Positions 38,659 to 49,628 of a DNA stretch of 64,000 nucleotides are shown in pieces. Below the pieces are notes generated by a model that was given only the letters and a program-made list of their open reading frames with translations, searched no databases and had not been told where the DNA came from. This stretch comes from Candidatus Omnitrophota bacterium. Lineage in GTDB: Bacteria > Omnitrophota > Gorgyraeia > Gygaellales > Profunditerraquicolaceae. Location: the NCBI GenBank assembly GCA_049517335.1, contig JBEKSD010000011.1, forward strand, positions 9,893 through 73,892. The letters are read 5' to 3'. The position numbers and the translations under genes were made by a program. The number at the start of each line of letters is the position of its first letter. Within the stretch, counting starts at the first letter, position 1.

Positions 38659-41343
38659 ATGAATACTAGAAAACAGATTATTCGGTTTTTAATTACGGGC
38701 ACTACTGTCAATGCAACAGACTTTAGTATCTATTATATTTTATTTCATTTTTTTTCTTATAGTATATCCAAGGGTATCTCTTTTACGTGCGCTGGTATTG
38801 TTGGGTATTTACTTTTGAAATATTGGACATTTAAACATAACCAACCATCGTATACTGAAGTTGGCCGGTATGCGTTAATTAATTTTTTAGCATTAGGCGT
38901 CAATGTTTTAACAAATCAAAGCATCCTTAACTTGCGGCCCGGTTCTGTTTTTTTAGCTTTAATTATCGCTTCGGCCTTAACAGGATTGTTTACCTTTGTT
39001 TGTTTTAAATGGTGGGTTTTTAGATCCTCTTTGAAAGAGAGGATCTATTTTGTATGGTGGAAATGGCTCCCCTGGAGATTTTTAGTAAGAGACGCTGCGC
39101 GTAGGCAAGGATTTTTAGATCCGATTAAGCTCCTTTCTCAATTGCAGAATTTTGCCCAACCCTCAGAGGTGGCAGTTCCGATGGAACTGTTGCGTTCAGG
39201 CGTTGTCTTACACGCTCGGGGCTTGATAAATAGTCTAGCCATTCAGCATAACCTTGATTGGATCTGGCCTTATTGGGTAGAATGCCAATATAACCCTCGG
39301 AACGAGGCGTTTATCCCGCGGTCATTTTCGTTGACTCAAATTAATCTTACCCATAGAAATTGGACAGCTTTGGGTGTTCCTGACGGGACTGAATTTCCTC
39401 TTGTAGACCCTCGCGGCCTGGTTACTCCCTATTACGACAGTTGGTCTATTGATGTTTGGATTGTTCCGGAGAAGGGAGAGCCATTAATTCCATCGCGCCT
39501 GCCTGCCGGACAAGCAGATAGCCAAAACGTATCGCAGAAGTTGAGTTTAAATGATAATCTTTGTGTGGTCACAGAATCCTGCTTGGATCAATTAAAGCTT
39601 CAATTGACAACGCAAGTTATCGGTTCAGCCGCAGTGCCTATTTGTCAGGTTAAAATCACAGGAACAGCTGGCGTAAAGGCCAAGTTAGTTATTTCGCTTA
39701 GGCCCTATAATCCCGAAGGCGTGAGTTTCATTAATAGCATTACTCTTCTTGAGGATTCGCTAGGTTGGCAAATAAACGGGAAAAGTTTCGTCTATTTCGA
39801 TAAGCCGCCGGATCAATGCGTATTTTCGGATTATCGTAGAGGAGATGTTTATAGCCGCCTGTCGTCGAAGGAAAATGAAAAAGAAATTTTAAGTAAAGTC
39901 GGTATGGCAAGTGCGGCAGCAATATATATATTGGAATCAGGGTTTGCGCTAGAAATTAACATTTCAATGCCTTTAACAAAAAACAAAATTGAAAAAGAAT
40001 CTTGTCGGGACTATGAAGAGTCTGCGAAATTAGCGTGGAAGAATAGTCTTCAAGGCGCCTGTTTATTACAAATTCCCGATAAACATTTTCAGTTTCTCTA
40101 CGAAGCCGCTATCCACACCATGGTTTTGCATTCTCCCAAGGAAGTATATCCGGGACCTTATATTTACCGGCGGTTTTGGTTTCGCGATGCAGCTTTTATA
40201 TTAAATGGCTTGTTGTGTGTCGGACTAAAGGAACGTGTTCGAAGGGCTTTGGATTGTTTCCGTTCTCGTCAAACAGCTCAAGGTTATTTTCTCTCTCAGG
40301 AAGGGGAATGGGATTCTAACGGAGAGGCCTTGTGGATTATGCGTCAATATTGTGAGATGACTGGAAATCTTCCGCCACAAGAATGGAGAGAGTCGATTAC
40401 TAAAGCGGGTAAGTGGATTTACAAGAAGCGCTTGTCTAGTAATTTGCAATCTCTCCATGCAGGATTATTACCTTCGGGATTTAGCGCCGAGCATTTAGGG
40501 CCGAATGATTTTTATTATTGGGATGACTTTTGGGCTGTTGCGGGGTTAAGAGCAGCATCATTTTTGTGCTCCGCTTACAATGATAATGATGAAGCTGCTT
40601 ATTTTGAAACGGAATCACACGCTTTGTTGAAGAGCATTAATCAAAGTTTAAAGAAAGTAGAAGTTCGTTTAAAAAGGCCTGCGATACCCGCCTCTCCTTA
40701 TCGGCGTTTGGATTCGGGAGCGATTGGTTCTTTGGCTGCCAGTTATCCGCTGCGGGTCTTTGAGCAGAGCGATCCGAGGGTTTTAGACACAGCCGATTTT
40801 TTAATGAAAAATTGTTTAGTTCACGGCGGATTTTTTCATGACATGACCCATTCAGGAATCAATCCTTATCTTACGTTACATTTAGCCCAAGTGCTTTTGC
40901 GTGCAGGTGATCCCAGATATTTTGGTTTGATGGACGCGGTGGCTAAACTGGCTTCACCTACAGGACAATGGCCGGAGTCAGTACATCCGCGTACAGGCGG
41001 TGGATGCATGGGGGATGGACAGCATGTTTGGGCCGCAGCGGAATGGGTTTTGATGATCAGAAATTGCTTTGTGCGCGAAGAAGGTAACCGGTTAATTTTA
41101 TGTTCTGGAATCCCACGAGCCTGGATTGATAAAAATCAAGCCATTAAGTTTGGGCCTGCTCCTACAAGTTTCGGGGATATTCAAATTTCTATAGAACCGC
41201 GAGGGGAGAATATTCTTGTCGAATGGAGGGGCAATTGGTTTGCGAAAGAACCTCTGATGGATATTCAATTACCGGGTTTTAAAAGCGTAAGGATTACCCC
41301 TGCGACAAATTCTCTTGAATTCAAAATTGAGGCGGGTAAATGA
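38659..41343 (+). CDS. GtrA-like membrane domain fused to a six-hairpin glycoside hydrolase-like domain
   Basis: N-terminal 4-TM GtrA pattern; FWFRDAAF, GEWDSNG, TGQWPE motifs. Confidence 0.7.
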   Translation: MNTRKQIIRFLITGTTVNATDFSIYYILFHFFSYSISKGISFTCAGIVGYLLLKYWTFKHNQPSYTEVGRYALINFLALGVNVLTNQSILNLRPGSVFLALIIASALTGLFTFVCFKWWVFRSSLKERIYFVWWKWLPWRFLVRDAARRQGFLDPIKLLSQLQNFAQPSEVAVPMELLRSGVVLHARGLINSLAIQHNLDWIWPYWVECQYNPRNEAFIPRSFSLTQINLTHRNWTALGVPDGTEFPLVDPRGLVTPYYDSWSIDVWIVPEKGEPLIPSRLPAGQADSQNVSQKLSLNDNLCVVTESCLDQLKLQLTTQVIGSAAVPICQVKITGTAGVKAKLVISLRPYNPEGVSFINSITLLEDSLGWQINGKSFVYFDKPPDQCVFSDYRRGDVYSRLSSKENEKEILSKVGMASAAAIYILESGFALEINISMPLTKNKIEKESCRDYEESAKLAWKNSLQGACLLQIPDKHFQFLYEAAIHTMVLHSPKEVYPGPYIYRRFWFRDAAFILNGLLCVGLKERVRRALDCFRSRQTAQGYFLSQEGEWDSNGEALWIMRQYCEMTGNLPPQEWRESITKAGKWIYKKRLSSNLQSLHAGLLPSGFSAEHLGPNDFYYWDDFWAVAGLRAASFLCSAYNDNDEAAYFETESHALLKSINQSLKKVEVRLKRPAIPASPYRRLDSGAIGSLAASYPLRVFEQSDPRVLDTADFLMKNCLVHGGFFHDMTHSGINPYLTLHLAQVLLRAGDPRYFGLMDAVAKLASPTGQWPESVHPRTGGGCMGDGQHVWAAAEWVLMIRNCFVREEGNRLILCSGIPRAWIDKNQAIKFGPAPTSFGDIQISIEPRGENILVEWRGNWFAKEPLMDIQLPGFKSVRITPATNSLEFKIEAGK

Positions 41344-42794
41344 TAAAAGATCTTGTAGCTAAAGTTAGAGATTTTGTCATAGTGAATTTGGAGGCAAAAG
41401 TTTACCCGGAAGAGATTGAGAAGTTCTATACAAAAATTGCTCCTATTAAAGAGATGTGCGTCTTTACTGTTTCCGGAATGGAAGGCGTAAAAGAATCGAG
41501 AGTGCTTTGGGCTATCATACAACCGGATCTTGATAATTTCAGGAAATTTGCCTCAGTGAATCTACATTTAGCCATTAAGGAGAGATTTGATAATGCCGAG
41601 CAATCGTTGCCTATTTATAAAAGGATTAAAGGTTTTACTATCACACTTGATGACCTGCCGCATGACCTGATTGGTAATTTAGATAGAAATGCGGTTAAAG
41701 AAATATATGAACCTAGGGTAATCGCGGGAATAGAGGGTGCTCTTCCGGTTTTAGGAGAGTTAACGGCTGCGGACCATCTGTTGATAGAATCCGCAATCGG
41801 CATAAGAATCTCGGAATGCTTAAAGGAACAGGGTGGCGTTAAAAGGCCGATAATACTGGAGGATTCTTTAGAGTTGGACTTGGGTATAGATTCATTAGGC
41901 AGGGTAGAGCTTGCTTTACGTCTTGAGTTAGCTTTTAGTATTGATATAAAAGACGAGGTAGTCTCCAGAGCTTTTACCGTAAAGGATCTTATTCTGGGAA
42001 TAATGGAAGCCTTAAGAGGGGCCAAACCCATCTCCCCGGAGGATCAAGGGATATCTTTAGGGTTAAATTTCTGGAAAGAAAGTTTAAGGGTACTGCCTAA
42101 AGAAGAACATTTGGGGGCGCTTGAATTCAGTACCGGTTTTTTCGCCTGGCTGCTTCGATTTAGTATAACAGCAATAGATTTTTTGATTTTTAAATTGTTT
42201 TTCCATATTAAGGCTGAAGGAGCAGAGAATGTACCTAAAGAAGGAGCTTATATTCTGTATCCCAACCACACCAGCGATCTTGATGGGCCGGCTATTAACG
42301 CTTGCTTGCCGCGTAGGCCGGTGTTTCAGCTTTTTTATTTTTTATTCATACCTTATTTCTTTAGGCCGTTTATAAAATCAACTTTTTTAAGAAATCTCGT
42401 TAAGATGGAAAGACTTATTCCTTTTGATTATTCAGCGCATTTTCTGGAGGCGTTACGCAGTGCCTATTTAGTCTTGCAGCGCGGTAAAGGCTTGTGTTTT
42501 TTCCCGGAAGGGTTGCGCAGTACTACTGGCGAAGTTGGGAAATTTAAAAAAGGTTTCGGTATCTTGGCTAAGGAAACGGGAGCAAAGCTTGTTCCTGTGG
42601 CTATAGAAGGGGCTTTTGAGGCATGGCCCAGTACGGTAAAGTATCCCAAATTCCGCGCGATTAGAGTCAGATTTGGCAAGCCGTTTCTCCCTGAAGATTT
42701 AGAAAAAGAAGGGTTGGCCATGGGCGCACAAGACTCTTATGAAGCAATATGCGTGGCGGCAAGAAAAGCGCTTATAGAATTGAAGGCTAAATAA
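41340..42794 (+). CDS. AMP-binding C-terminal-like + acyl carrier + PlsC-type acyltransferase
   Basis: KVYPEEIE; DLGIDSL (Ppant Ser); NHTSDLD; FPEGLRS. Confidence 0.82.
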   Translation: MIKDLVAKVRDFVIVNLEAKVYPEEIEKFYTKIAPIKEMCVFTVSGMEGVKESRVLWAIIQPDLDNFRKFASVNLHLAIKERFDNAEQSLPIYKRIKGFTITLDDLPHDLIGNLDRNAVKEIYEPRVIAGIEGALPVLGELTAADHLLIESAIGIRISECLKEQGGVKRPIILEDSLELDLGIDSLGRVELALRLELAFSIDIKDEVVSRAFTVKDLILGIMEALRGAKPISPEDQGISLGLNFWKESLRVLPKEEHLGALEFSTGFFAWLLRFSITAIDFLIFKLFFHIKAEGAENVPKEGAYILYPNHTSDLDGPAINACLPRRPVFQLFYFLFIPYFFRPFIKSTFLRNLVKMERLIPFDYSAHFLEALRSAYLVLQRGKGLCFFPEGLRSTTGEVGKFKKGFGILAKETGAKLVPVAIEGAFEAWPSTVKYPKFRAIRVRFGKPFLPEDLEKEGLAMGAQDSYEAICVAARKALIELKAK

Positions 42795-44155
42795 TGAATA
42801 TTCTTATGATGACCAATACTTATTTTCCGATGGTCGGAGGGTTAGAGCAATCGGTTTATTCTTTTAGCGAGGCATTTAGAAGCTTAGGGCATGAGGTTTT
42901 GATTGTTACTCCGGCTTTTGGTGGCGCGCCGAAAGAGGAACCAGGCGTTATTCGAATTCCTGCTTTCCAAAAATTTGGAGGGACTGTTTTTTCGGTTAAC
43001 TTTCCGATTTCCGGACTCTTAAAGCGATACATGAAAGAATTCGTACCGGATATGGTGCACAGCCACGGCCCGTTTTTCATGGGAGATTTCGCGTTACGCC
43101 TTAGCCGGCAGCACGCCATACCGCTTGTATTTACTTATCACTGTATGTTTGAACAGTATGTGCATGATTGGCCAGTTCAAAATGAGGGAGTAAAAAGATT
43201 TATGGTCAAGCTTGCTGCTGGATATTCCAATTTAGTAGATCAGGTAATCGTGCCTAGCGAAAGCGTGCAGGATATTTTACTTAAAAGAGGTGTTAAGACT
43301 CCCATGGAGGTTATCCCGACAGGGATAGATGCCCAACGTTTTGCAAAAGGCGACGGAAAAGCTTTTCGAAAGCAGAACCAGATCCCTTCCGATGCTTTAG
43401 TGGTTGGCCATGCTGGTAGACTGTCTCCGGAAAAGAATTTGGGGTTCCTGACAAATTGTTTGGTTGAATTATTAAAAAGAGATCCTAGGGTTCATGCCCT
43501 GATCGTGGGCCTTGGCCCATCGCAAAATTTGATTAAGGACGCTTTTAGAACAGCTGGCCTTGAAAAAAGATTACATTTAACCGGGGTTTTACGTTATCAG
43601 GATTTAGTGGATGCTTATTTTGCCATGGATGTTTTCGCATTTGCTTCATTAAGCGAAACGCAAGGGATTGTTCTTATCGAAGCCATGGCAGCAGGGGTTC
43701 CGGTGGTGGCGTTGGATGCGCCGGGAGTACGGGAAGTTGTAGAAGATTATCACAACGGTCGGTTGCTCAGCCAGATGGATCAGCAAAGTTTTATTGATGC
43801 GCTTATCTGGGTTTTATCCCGGACTCCTGAAGAGTTACAAACCATAAAGCAGATCGTAAGAATGACGGTACAGAAATACCCGATTATGTCTGGTGCCAAA
43901 CATATGTTAGAGATTTATGATAAAATTAGATCCAGGAGATCGGTTTCCTTAGGTAAAAAAAATAGTTCGCGGTATCTCATCCAGTGGCGCATGAAAGCGG
44001 AGTGGGATATTTGCAGCAATTATATTAAATCCGTAGTTACATCAGTATTCGAAGGAGGCTTTCAGAAAACAGAACCCATAAAAATTAAAGATACGACGGT
44101 AAAAAGTGGAGACCCTCTATCTAATAGTGCGACCAAGGGTTACTTAAAACAATGA
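42794..44155 (+). CDS. Glycosyltransferase family 4
   Basis: GRLSPEKN; ETQGIVLIEAMAAG. Confidence 0.9.
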   Translation: MNILMMTNTYFPMVGGLEQSVYSFSEAFRSLGHEVLIVTPAFGGAPKEEPGVIRIPAFQKFGGTVFSVNFPISGLLKRYMKEFVPDMVHSHGPFFMGDFALRLSRQHAIPLVFTYHCMFEQYVHDWPVQNEGVKRFMVKLAAGYSNLVDQVIVPSESVQDILLKRGVKTPMEVIPTGIDAQRFAKGDGKAFRKQNQIPSDALVVGHAGRLSPEKNLGFLTNCLVELLKRDPRVHALIVGLGPSQNLIKDAFRTAGLEKRLHLTGVLRYQDLVDAYFAMDVFAFASLSETQGIVLIEAMAAGVPVVALDAPGVREVVEDYHNGRLLSQMDQQSFIDALIWVLSRTPEELQTIKQIVRMTVQKYPIMSGAKHMLEIYDKIRSRRSVSLGKKNSSRYLIQWRMKAEWDICSNYIKSVVTSVFEGGFQKTEPIKIKDTTVKSGDPLSNSATKGYLKQ

Positions 44156-44916
44156 CTCCTAATTTTACTGGGGAGAATTGTTCCGTGATGACCGAGGATG
44201 GGAAACGTATTGCCTTGATTCACGTTAAAGGAGGATTTTCCAAAGTTATTATTATCGCTCACGGTTTTTATAATAACAAGGATACATTTTTATTTCGAGG
44301 GATAACTGAGGCGTTTAGTAAAGAATACGATGTTATCGTGTTCGATTTTCGAGGCCATGGCAAGAGTAGTGACGTGTTTACCTGGACAGCGCGTGAACAA
44401 AAAGATTTGCGAGCGATCATTGTCTACGCCAAAGATAATCGCTATACCAAAATTGGCGTGATTGGTTTTTCGTTTGGCGCAGCGATCGCCATGATTGAAG
44501 CCAGCCATCATCAGAATATTGATAGCCTAATCGCTGTTAGCGCCCCTGCAGATTTAAGAAGTATCAATTATCATTTTTGGGAAAAAGATATGTGGGAAGA
44601 TTTAAAGCTTAATTTTGGGATCAAGGGGCAGGGTAAGGGGGTCAGGCTGGGTAGTCTTTCTTTAGAAAAGATTCGACCCATTGATATTGTTGATAAGATA
44701 TCGCCCACGCCAGTACTTTTTGTTCACGGTGAAAAAGACTGGCTGGTTAAGCCAAACCATAGCCAGCGTTTATTTGAAAAAGCAAAAAACCCTAAAGCTC
44801 TGACGATCATTAAAGATGGTGGCCATGCGGAAAGGATGTTTGATGTTTTTCCTGATCAATTTATGAAAATATGCTTAGATAGATTTAGGAAAACTTTAGA
44901 AGAGGCGAATCCATGA
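44152..44916 (+). CDS. Alpha/beta hydrolase
   Basis: AHGF, DFRGHG, GFSFG, HGEKD, GGH. Confidence 0.88.
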   Translation: MTPNFTGENCSVMTEDGKRIALIHVKGGFSKVIIIAHGFYNNKDTFLFRGITEAFSKEYDVIVFDFRGHGKSSDVFTWTAREQKDLRAIIVYAKDNRYTKIGVIGFSFGAAIAMIEASHHQNIDSLIAVSAPADLRSINYHFWEKDMWEDLKLNFGIKGQGKGVRLGSLSLEKIRPIDIVDKISPTPVLFVHGEKDWLVKPNHSQRLFEKAKNPKALTIIKDGGHAERMFDVFPDQFMKICLDRFRKTLEEANP

Positions 44917-46193
44917 AAAATGAAAAGAAAAAAAAGAAATTACTTAAGGGAAAATGCCAGAATCAGGTAAAAACCCGCAGCGTCGCGGAAAGAATGATTA
45001 TTAAGCAGCTTCACCAAGAAATTGAACAGCGTAAAAAAACAGAACAAGTAGCTCAGGATGCACGTAATTATGCCGAAAATATCATCAACACCGTACGTGA
45101 ATCCTTAATTGCTCTGGACCAAGATTTAAGAGTAGTCTCCGTAAGCCGTTCCTTTTATGAATTCTTTAAGGTAAAGCCTGAAGATACCGTGGGGCAGCTT
45201 ATTTATGACTTGGGCAATAAGCAGTGGAATATCCCCAAGCTGCGGGAATTGCTGGAAACCATCCTTCCCCAAAAAACTACCTTTGATAACTATGAGGTTG
45301 AACACGATTTTGCTACCATCGGCAGGCGTATAATGCTTTTGAATGCCCGGCAAATTAAACGCGTGATGGGTAAGGAGCGGATCATTCTTCTGGCTATAGA
45401 GGATATTACTGAGCGTAAGAAGATAGAAAACGGCTTGGAAAAAGCCCATGAAGAGTTGCAGGATTTGGCTGCTGAGTTAAAACGTAGCACTCGGGCAAAA
45501 TCTGAATTCCTGGCCAATATGTCGCATGAGCTTAGGACCCCACTTAACTCCATCAATGGTTTTTCCGAGATATTATTTGATGGGACTTTCGGTTCGCTTA
45601 ATGAGAAGCAGGAAAAATACGTGAATAATATTTTAACCAGCGGAAAGCATCTTCTTTCATTGATAAATCAGATACTTGATATGGCAAAAGTTGAATCCGG
45701 AAAGATGAAGCTGACATTATCCAGCTTACCCATGAAAAGCCTGTTAAATGAGATTGCGCTGCTGGTAGCGGATATGGTCAGCAAAAAGAAGATCGAAATG
45801 TTGCTTGAGATAGCGGAAGATCTGCCGAATATTGAAGCGGATGAACTTAAGGTAAAAGAGATACTTTATAACCTACTTTCCAACGCAGTTAAATTTACCC
45901 CTGAGGGTGGTAAGATCGGCATGCGGGCACAAAAGGTTGATTCTAAAATAGAAGTAGTGGTCTGGGATACGGGGGCTGGTATCGCATTTGGGAATATGGA
46001 GAAAATATTTGAAGGTTTTTTTCGTGTTGATACTCCATATTCCCGGGTAACTGAAGGGACCGGGCTCGGTTTACCGATCTCGAAAAAACTGGTTGAGCTG
46101 CATGGCGGCAAGTTTTCTGTAGAATCAGAGGGACTAGGTAAAGGCACGCAAGTCAGGTTTACTTTACCGATTATAGCTAGAAAGGTGGTTTGA
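44913..46193 (+). CDS. PAS-domain sensor histidine kinase
   Basis: FLANMSHELRTPL; NLLSNAVKFT; DTGAG; GTGLGL. Confidence 0.92.
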   Translation: MKNEKKKKKLLKGKCQNQVKTRSVAERMIIKQLHQEIEQRKKTEQVAQDARNYAENIINTVRESLIALDQDLRVVSVSRSFYEFFKVKPEDTVGQLIYDLGNKQWNIPKLRELLETILPQKTTFDNYEVEHDFATIGRRIMLLNARQIKRVMGKERIILLAIEDITERKKIENGLEKAHEELQDLAAELKRSTRAKSEFLANMSHELRTPLNSINGFSEILFDGTFGSLNEKQEKYVNNILTSGKHLLSLINQILDMAKVESGKMKLTLSSLPMKSLLNEIALLVADMVSKKKIEMLLEIAEDLPNIEADELKVKEILYNLLSNAVKFTPEGGKIGMRAQKVDSKIEVVVWDTGAGIAFGNMEKIFEGFFRVDTPYSRVTEGTGLGLPISKKLVELHGGKFSVESEGLGKGTQVRFTLPIIARKVV

Positions 46194-46194
46194 A

Positions 46195-46560
46195 ATGAAG
46201 AAGAGAGCGTTAGTTGTGGATGATAATAAAAGCAATCTTATGCTGGAAAAAGACCTTTTGGAGGTCGCTGGTTTTGAGGTACTTGAAGCTGAAAATGCTA
46301 CCGATGGAATCAGTATCGTCAGGAAAGAAAAACCGGATATCATCATTATGGATGTGCGGCTTCCGGATATGCGTGGTAGCGAAGCGGCGAGAATATTGCG
46401 TGAAGATAAAAAGATAGGCGATATTCCGATAGTTTTTGTTACGGCTTCGGTTATGGTCGGTGAAAGAGAAGAGATAAACGCGATAACTAATAGCGGATTT
46501 ATAGGTAAGCCGATAGATACGCGTACCTTTGCTAAAACGATCAGCCAGTTTATTAAGTAA
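46195..46560 (+). CDS. Single-domain response regulator (DivK-like)
   Basis: LVVDDN, MDVRLP, KP. Confidence 0.9.
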   Translation: MKKRALVVDDNKSNLMLEKDLLEVAGFEVLEAENATDGISIVRKEKPDIIIMDVRLPDMRGSEAARILREDKKIGDIPIVFVTASVMVGEREEINAITNSGFIGKPIDTRTFAKTISQFIK

Positions 46561-46602
46561 GTTTTTAATATATCAGAAAGTCAAATTTAAAAGAGGTACG
46601 GG

Positions 46603-47574
46603 ATGAAGGATAAATCAGTAATTTTAGTTGTTGATGATCAGCTTCAAAACATCGAACTTCTTGAAGCATATCTTGTTCCTCAGGGTTATGAAATTATCAA
46701 GGCGGCTAGCGGCGCAGAAGCCTTTGAAAAAATTTCTGGAACTCAAATTGATTTGATTCTCTTGGACGTAATGATGCCCAAGATGTCCGGCATAGAAGTG
46801 CTGGAGAAATTACGTGCCGATGAAAAGACTAAGGCTATCCCAGTGGTGATGGTAACCGTGCTTAAGGAGACCGAAGATAAGGTAAAAGCCCTTGAGGCAG
46901 GTTGCGATGATTTTATCTCTAAGCCCATTGATAAGGTCGAACTATTAGCCAGAGTTAAGTCCATAATCAAGATAAATTATTACCGCCGACAGTTAGAGGA
47001 AAAAGAAAAATTTAAGGCAGTAGTTGATAAGATAAGCGATGGCATTGCTATTTGTAGCCCGGATTATCTAATTAAGGATAGTAATACCGCGATTTTAAAG
47101 TACTTAAATATTTCCGATACAACGAATGTTAATTTAGTCGAAATGCTATTTGCGAATTATTCTGTTTCCATAAATAAAGAAGCTCTTATGGATTTAACGG
47201 TTGCGCATAAAACATTTGATATTGTACGCCAAAAATCAGAAGCGATAGAGGTATTGTATTTAGAGGTAGATTTAAATGTGATTAAGAATGCAGCCGGAGA
47301 GTTGTTAAGCATTGTTTTTATTTTACGCGATGTTACCGCAGCGCGCACTGAAGAATTTATAAAAAAGGATACGTTAACGCTTATTTCGCACAAAATGCGC
47401 GCACCGTTGGGAGTGATTAACGGAAAGATATCGTTACTTCAGGACGGATCATATGGAGCTCTTAATGAGGAGCAAAAAAAAGCAATTGATGCTGTCTCCA
47501 AGCAATCTGCTTTGCTTATATCAATGGTGGAGGAACTGCTTGGGTTTACCATCGCAGGTGGCCACTCCTCATGA
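46603..47574 (+). CDS. REC-PAS-HisKA protein lacking the ATPase domain (likely truncated)
   Basis: REC domain and SHKMRAPL box; the ORF ends before any HATPase boxes. Confidence 0.75.
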   Translation: MKDKSVILVVDDQLQNIELLEAYLVPQGYEIIKAASGAEAFEKISGTQIDLILLDVMMPKMSGIEVLEKLRADEKTKAIPVVMVTVLKETEDKVKALEAGCDDFISKPIDKVELLARVKSIIKINYYRRQLEEKEKFKAVVDKISDGIAICSPDYLIKDSNTAILKYLNISDTTNVNLVEMLFANYSVSINKEALMDLTVAHKTFDIVRQKSEAIEVLYLEVDLNVIKNAAGELLSIVFILRDVTAARTEEFIKKDTLTLISHKMRAPLGVINGKISLLQDGSYGALNEEQKKAIDAVSKQSALLISMVEELLGFTIAGGHSS

Positions 47575-47845
47575 TACATATAAGTATAGAATCTCACGGT
47601 GATTAGATGGACTTTATTTCCAACTTAAAGATGTTAATTTTCATTCCTCTGCTAACATGCGGATTGTTGATATGGATTATTGCTAGTTTTGTAAGGCTGG
47701 TTTTTGTATATTGTTATTCGTGGTTGAAAGTGTTAAGCAGAAAACTTTTAGTAAATATTTGAACTAAGGTTAAGACAAGAAAGATGCCAAGGGAGATAGA
47801 GATGCACTTTATTTTGTTTAAGTTATTGCTACAAAGAAGGCAAGT

Positions 47846-48211
47846 ATGATTATGAAATATATTCGGGGATTTAGTATCTTAGTTTTAGGAATTACGGTTA
47901 TTTTACTTAGTGGCTGCGCTACATGCAAAACACCATACCGCAGAGAACTATCTAATAATCCCAACTTAGCAGAGGCGAATGTAAGTTATAAAAAAGCCAT
48001 AAATTGGCTGGATAAGGCAGAATGTTCAACAATCCCCGCCGAAGCGGAAAGGTTCTATACCACCGCGGAATCTTATATTTCAGACGCTATGTTTAAGTTA
48101 AAACAACTGGGACACGATAAAAATATAGATGTTTCTGAAGATGTCTATTATTGCGAAAAGATAAAGAGAGAAACAGATGTTCAAATAGGACAGGCTGAAA
48201 AAGCGAAGTAA
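47846..48211 (+). CDS. Hypothetical lipoprotein
   Basis: Lipobox LSGC. Confidence 0.75.
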   Translation: MIMKYIRGFSILVLGITVILLSGCATCKTPYRRELSNNPNLAEANVSYKKAINWLDKAECSTIPAEAERFYTTAESYISDAMFKLKQLGHDKNIDVSEDVYYCEKIKRETDVQIGQAEKAK

Positions 48212-48240
48212 TCCAAAAATAAATCATTCTTTAATGGCAA

Positions 48241-48453
48241 TGTCCGCCTCCCAAGGGCGGACATTCTGTATGCATTTATCTCTCAAATAGTTACATAATT
48301 CCAAGTCAAAAAATACCGGACAAATAAGACAAATACCACGAGCAAATAACCTCTCTAAATCCAGAATATTCTTGATATAGTGAGGTATTGCATATATAAT
48401 TACCCCTGTAAATAGAGAGAGGTTTCTACTCGGCTCATAAGAGTGGGACCCCA
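48241..48453 (+). repeat. Type-A repeat copy 3
   Basis: TGTCCG..CGGACA module; TTGATA-17-TATAAT (48372-48400); core 48417-48453. Confidence 0.88.
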
Positions 48454-48542
48454 ATTTTTTATAAAATTAATGGCTGAGAAATGAAAGAATATAAGGTCAC
48501 TATTCGCATTCCGCAATACAAGTACTAAATAATAAGGAAAGA

Positions 48543-49061
48543 ATGGAGCTGAAGCAGAAGATATTGCGCGAATTAAAAACGTACTGGGTAAATGTACTGT
48601 ATATAACTTTATTTTTCAGTATTTTCACCGATTACCGCAGATTAATGCTGGCTCATTATCAGATTACCTATAAGAATTATGGGATCAGTTTGATTAAGGG
48701 GTTGGTGTTAGCCAAGGTGATCCTGGTGGCAGAGCATTTGCACCTCGGAAGGGGATTTGAAAATAAAGCTTTAGTCGTCCCGACCCTGTACAAATCGTTT
48801 CTGTTTACTATTTGTGTTGCGATTTTAAGCGTAATAGAGGCTATGGTCCGCAATTTTTTAAAAGCAGAAAATTTTACCGGAGTGCCGGATATGTTTATAA
48901 GATGTTTCTCGTATGAATGGTTTGCCGGCATGCTGGTGGTATTCGCTGCTTTTATCCCGTTTTTTGCGATCAGGGAATTAGGAAGAGTGTTGGGAAGGGG
49001 AAAAATCAGTGAGCTATTTTTCCGTAAGGGGACAGACACCAAAACAAACCTTCCCGAGTAG
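48543..49061 (+). CDS. Four-TM membrane protein (single-gene block)
   Basis: Hydrophobic ORF filling the gap between repeat copies 3 and 4. Confidence 0.8.
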   Translation: MELKQKILRELKTYWVNVLYITLFFSIFTDYRRLMLAHYQITYKNYGISLIKGLVLAKVILVAEHLHLGRGFENKALVVPTLYKSFLFTICVAILSVIEAMVRNFLKAENFTGVPDMFIRCFSYEWFAGMLVVFAAFIPFFAIRELGRVLGRGKISELFFRKGTDTKTNLPE

Positions 49062-49140
49062 AGTAAGAGCTATATAATTGAATTGCTAGGCGTAAATAGC
49101 GAGAGGTTTTCCCTCAGCTCATGCAAGAGGGACCCCAGTA
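49050..49140 (+). repeat. Type-A repeat copy 4
   Basis: gtaagagctatataattg; core 49101-49140. Confidence 0.88.
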
Positions 49141-49300
49141 AATTCTCTCTCACAGAGTTACCACAATAGGCGGGGCATACCTGCAAAGCGCTAAAGGATG
49201 CCTTGGCGGTATATTAGCTTATAACGGAACAGAGATCTTGAAAGTTGGGGATAAGATTTTAGCTGTTCCTATAGCTTTGCTTTTGAGTTAAACATAAGCG

Positions 49301-49477
49301 TATGGCTCATGGGCAAAAGACATTGATTCTGTAGAAGAAGAAAATTTCTTGCAAAACATAAGAAAGTATACCTTTGCCGGGCGTCCTTTGGGAAGAGAGA
49401 CATTTATAGAAAGGCTGGAAGAGAGACTCAACAGAAGGCTATGTGCACTGCCGGTAGGGAGGCCAAAGAAAGATTAA
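49301..49477 (+). pseudogene. C-terminal remnant of a REP-associated/IS200-like (Y1) transposase
   Basis: Translates ...NIRKYTFAGRPLGRETFIERLEERLNRRLCALPVGRPKKD*, followed by aaaaacggtcccc. Confidence 0.65.
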
Positions 49478-49492
49478 GAAAAACGGTCCCCT

Positions 49493-49527
49493 ATTGTAGA
49501 TTGTATTGTAGATTGTAGGATTGTAGG
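49493..49527. repeat. Short tandem repeat (ATTGTAG)n, imperfect
   Basis: attgtagattgtattgtagattgtaggattgtagg. Confidence 0.7.
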
Positions 49528-49628
49528 TGGCTTAATATGCTTTACTCTGTATGACAGATATAATTTTTGCACCATGCGTATGAAATGCGATTTAAGAAAA
49601 CAGACCCGCTGTCCCTGCTTATAAGAAT

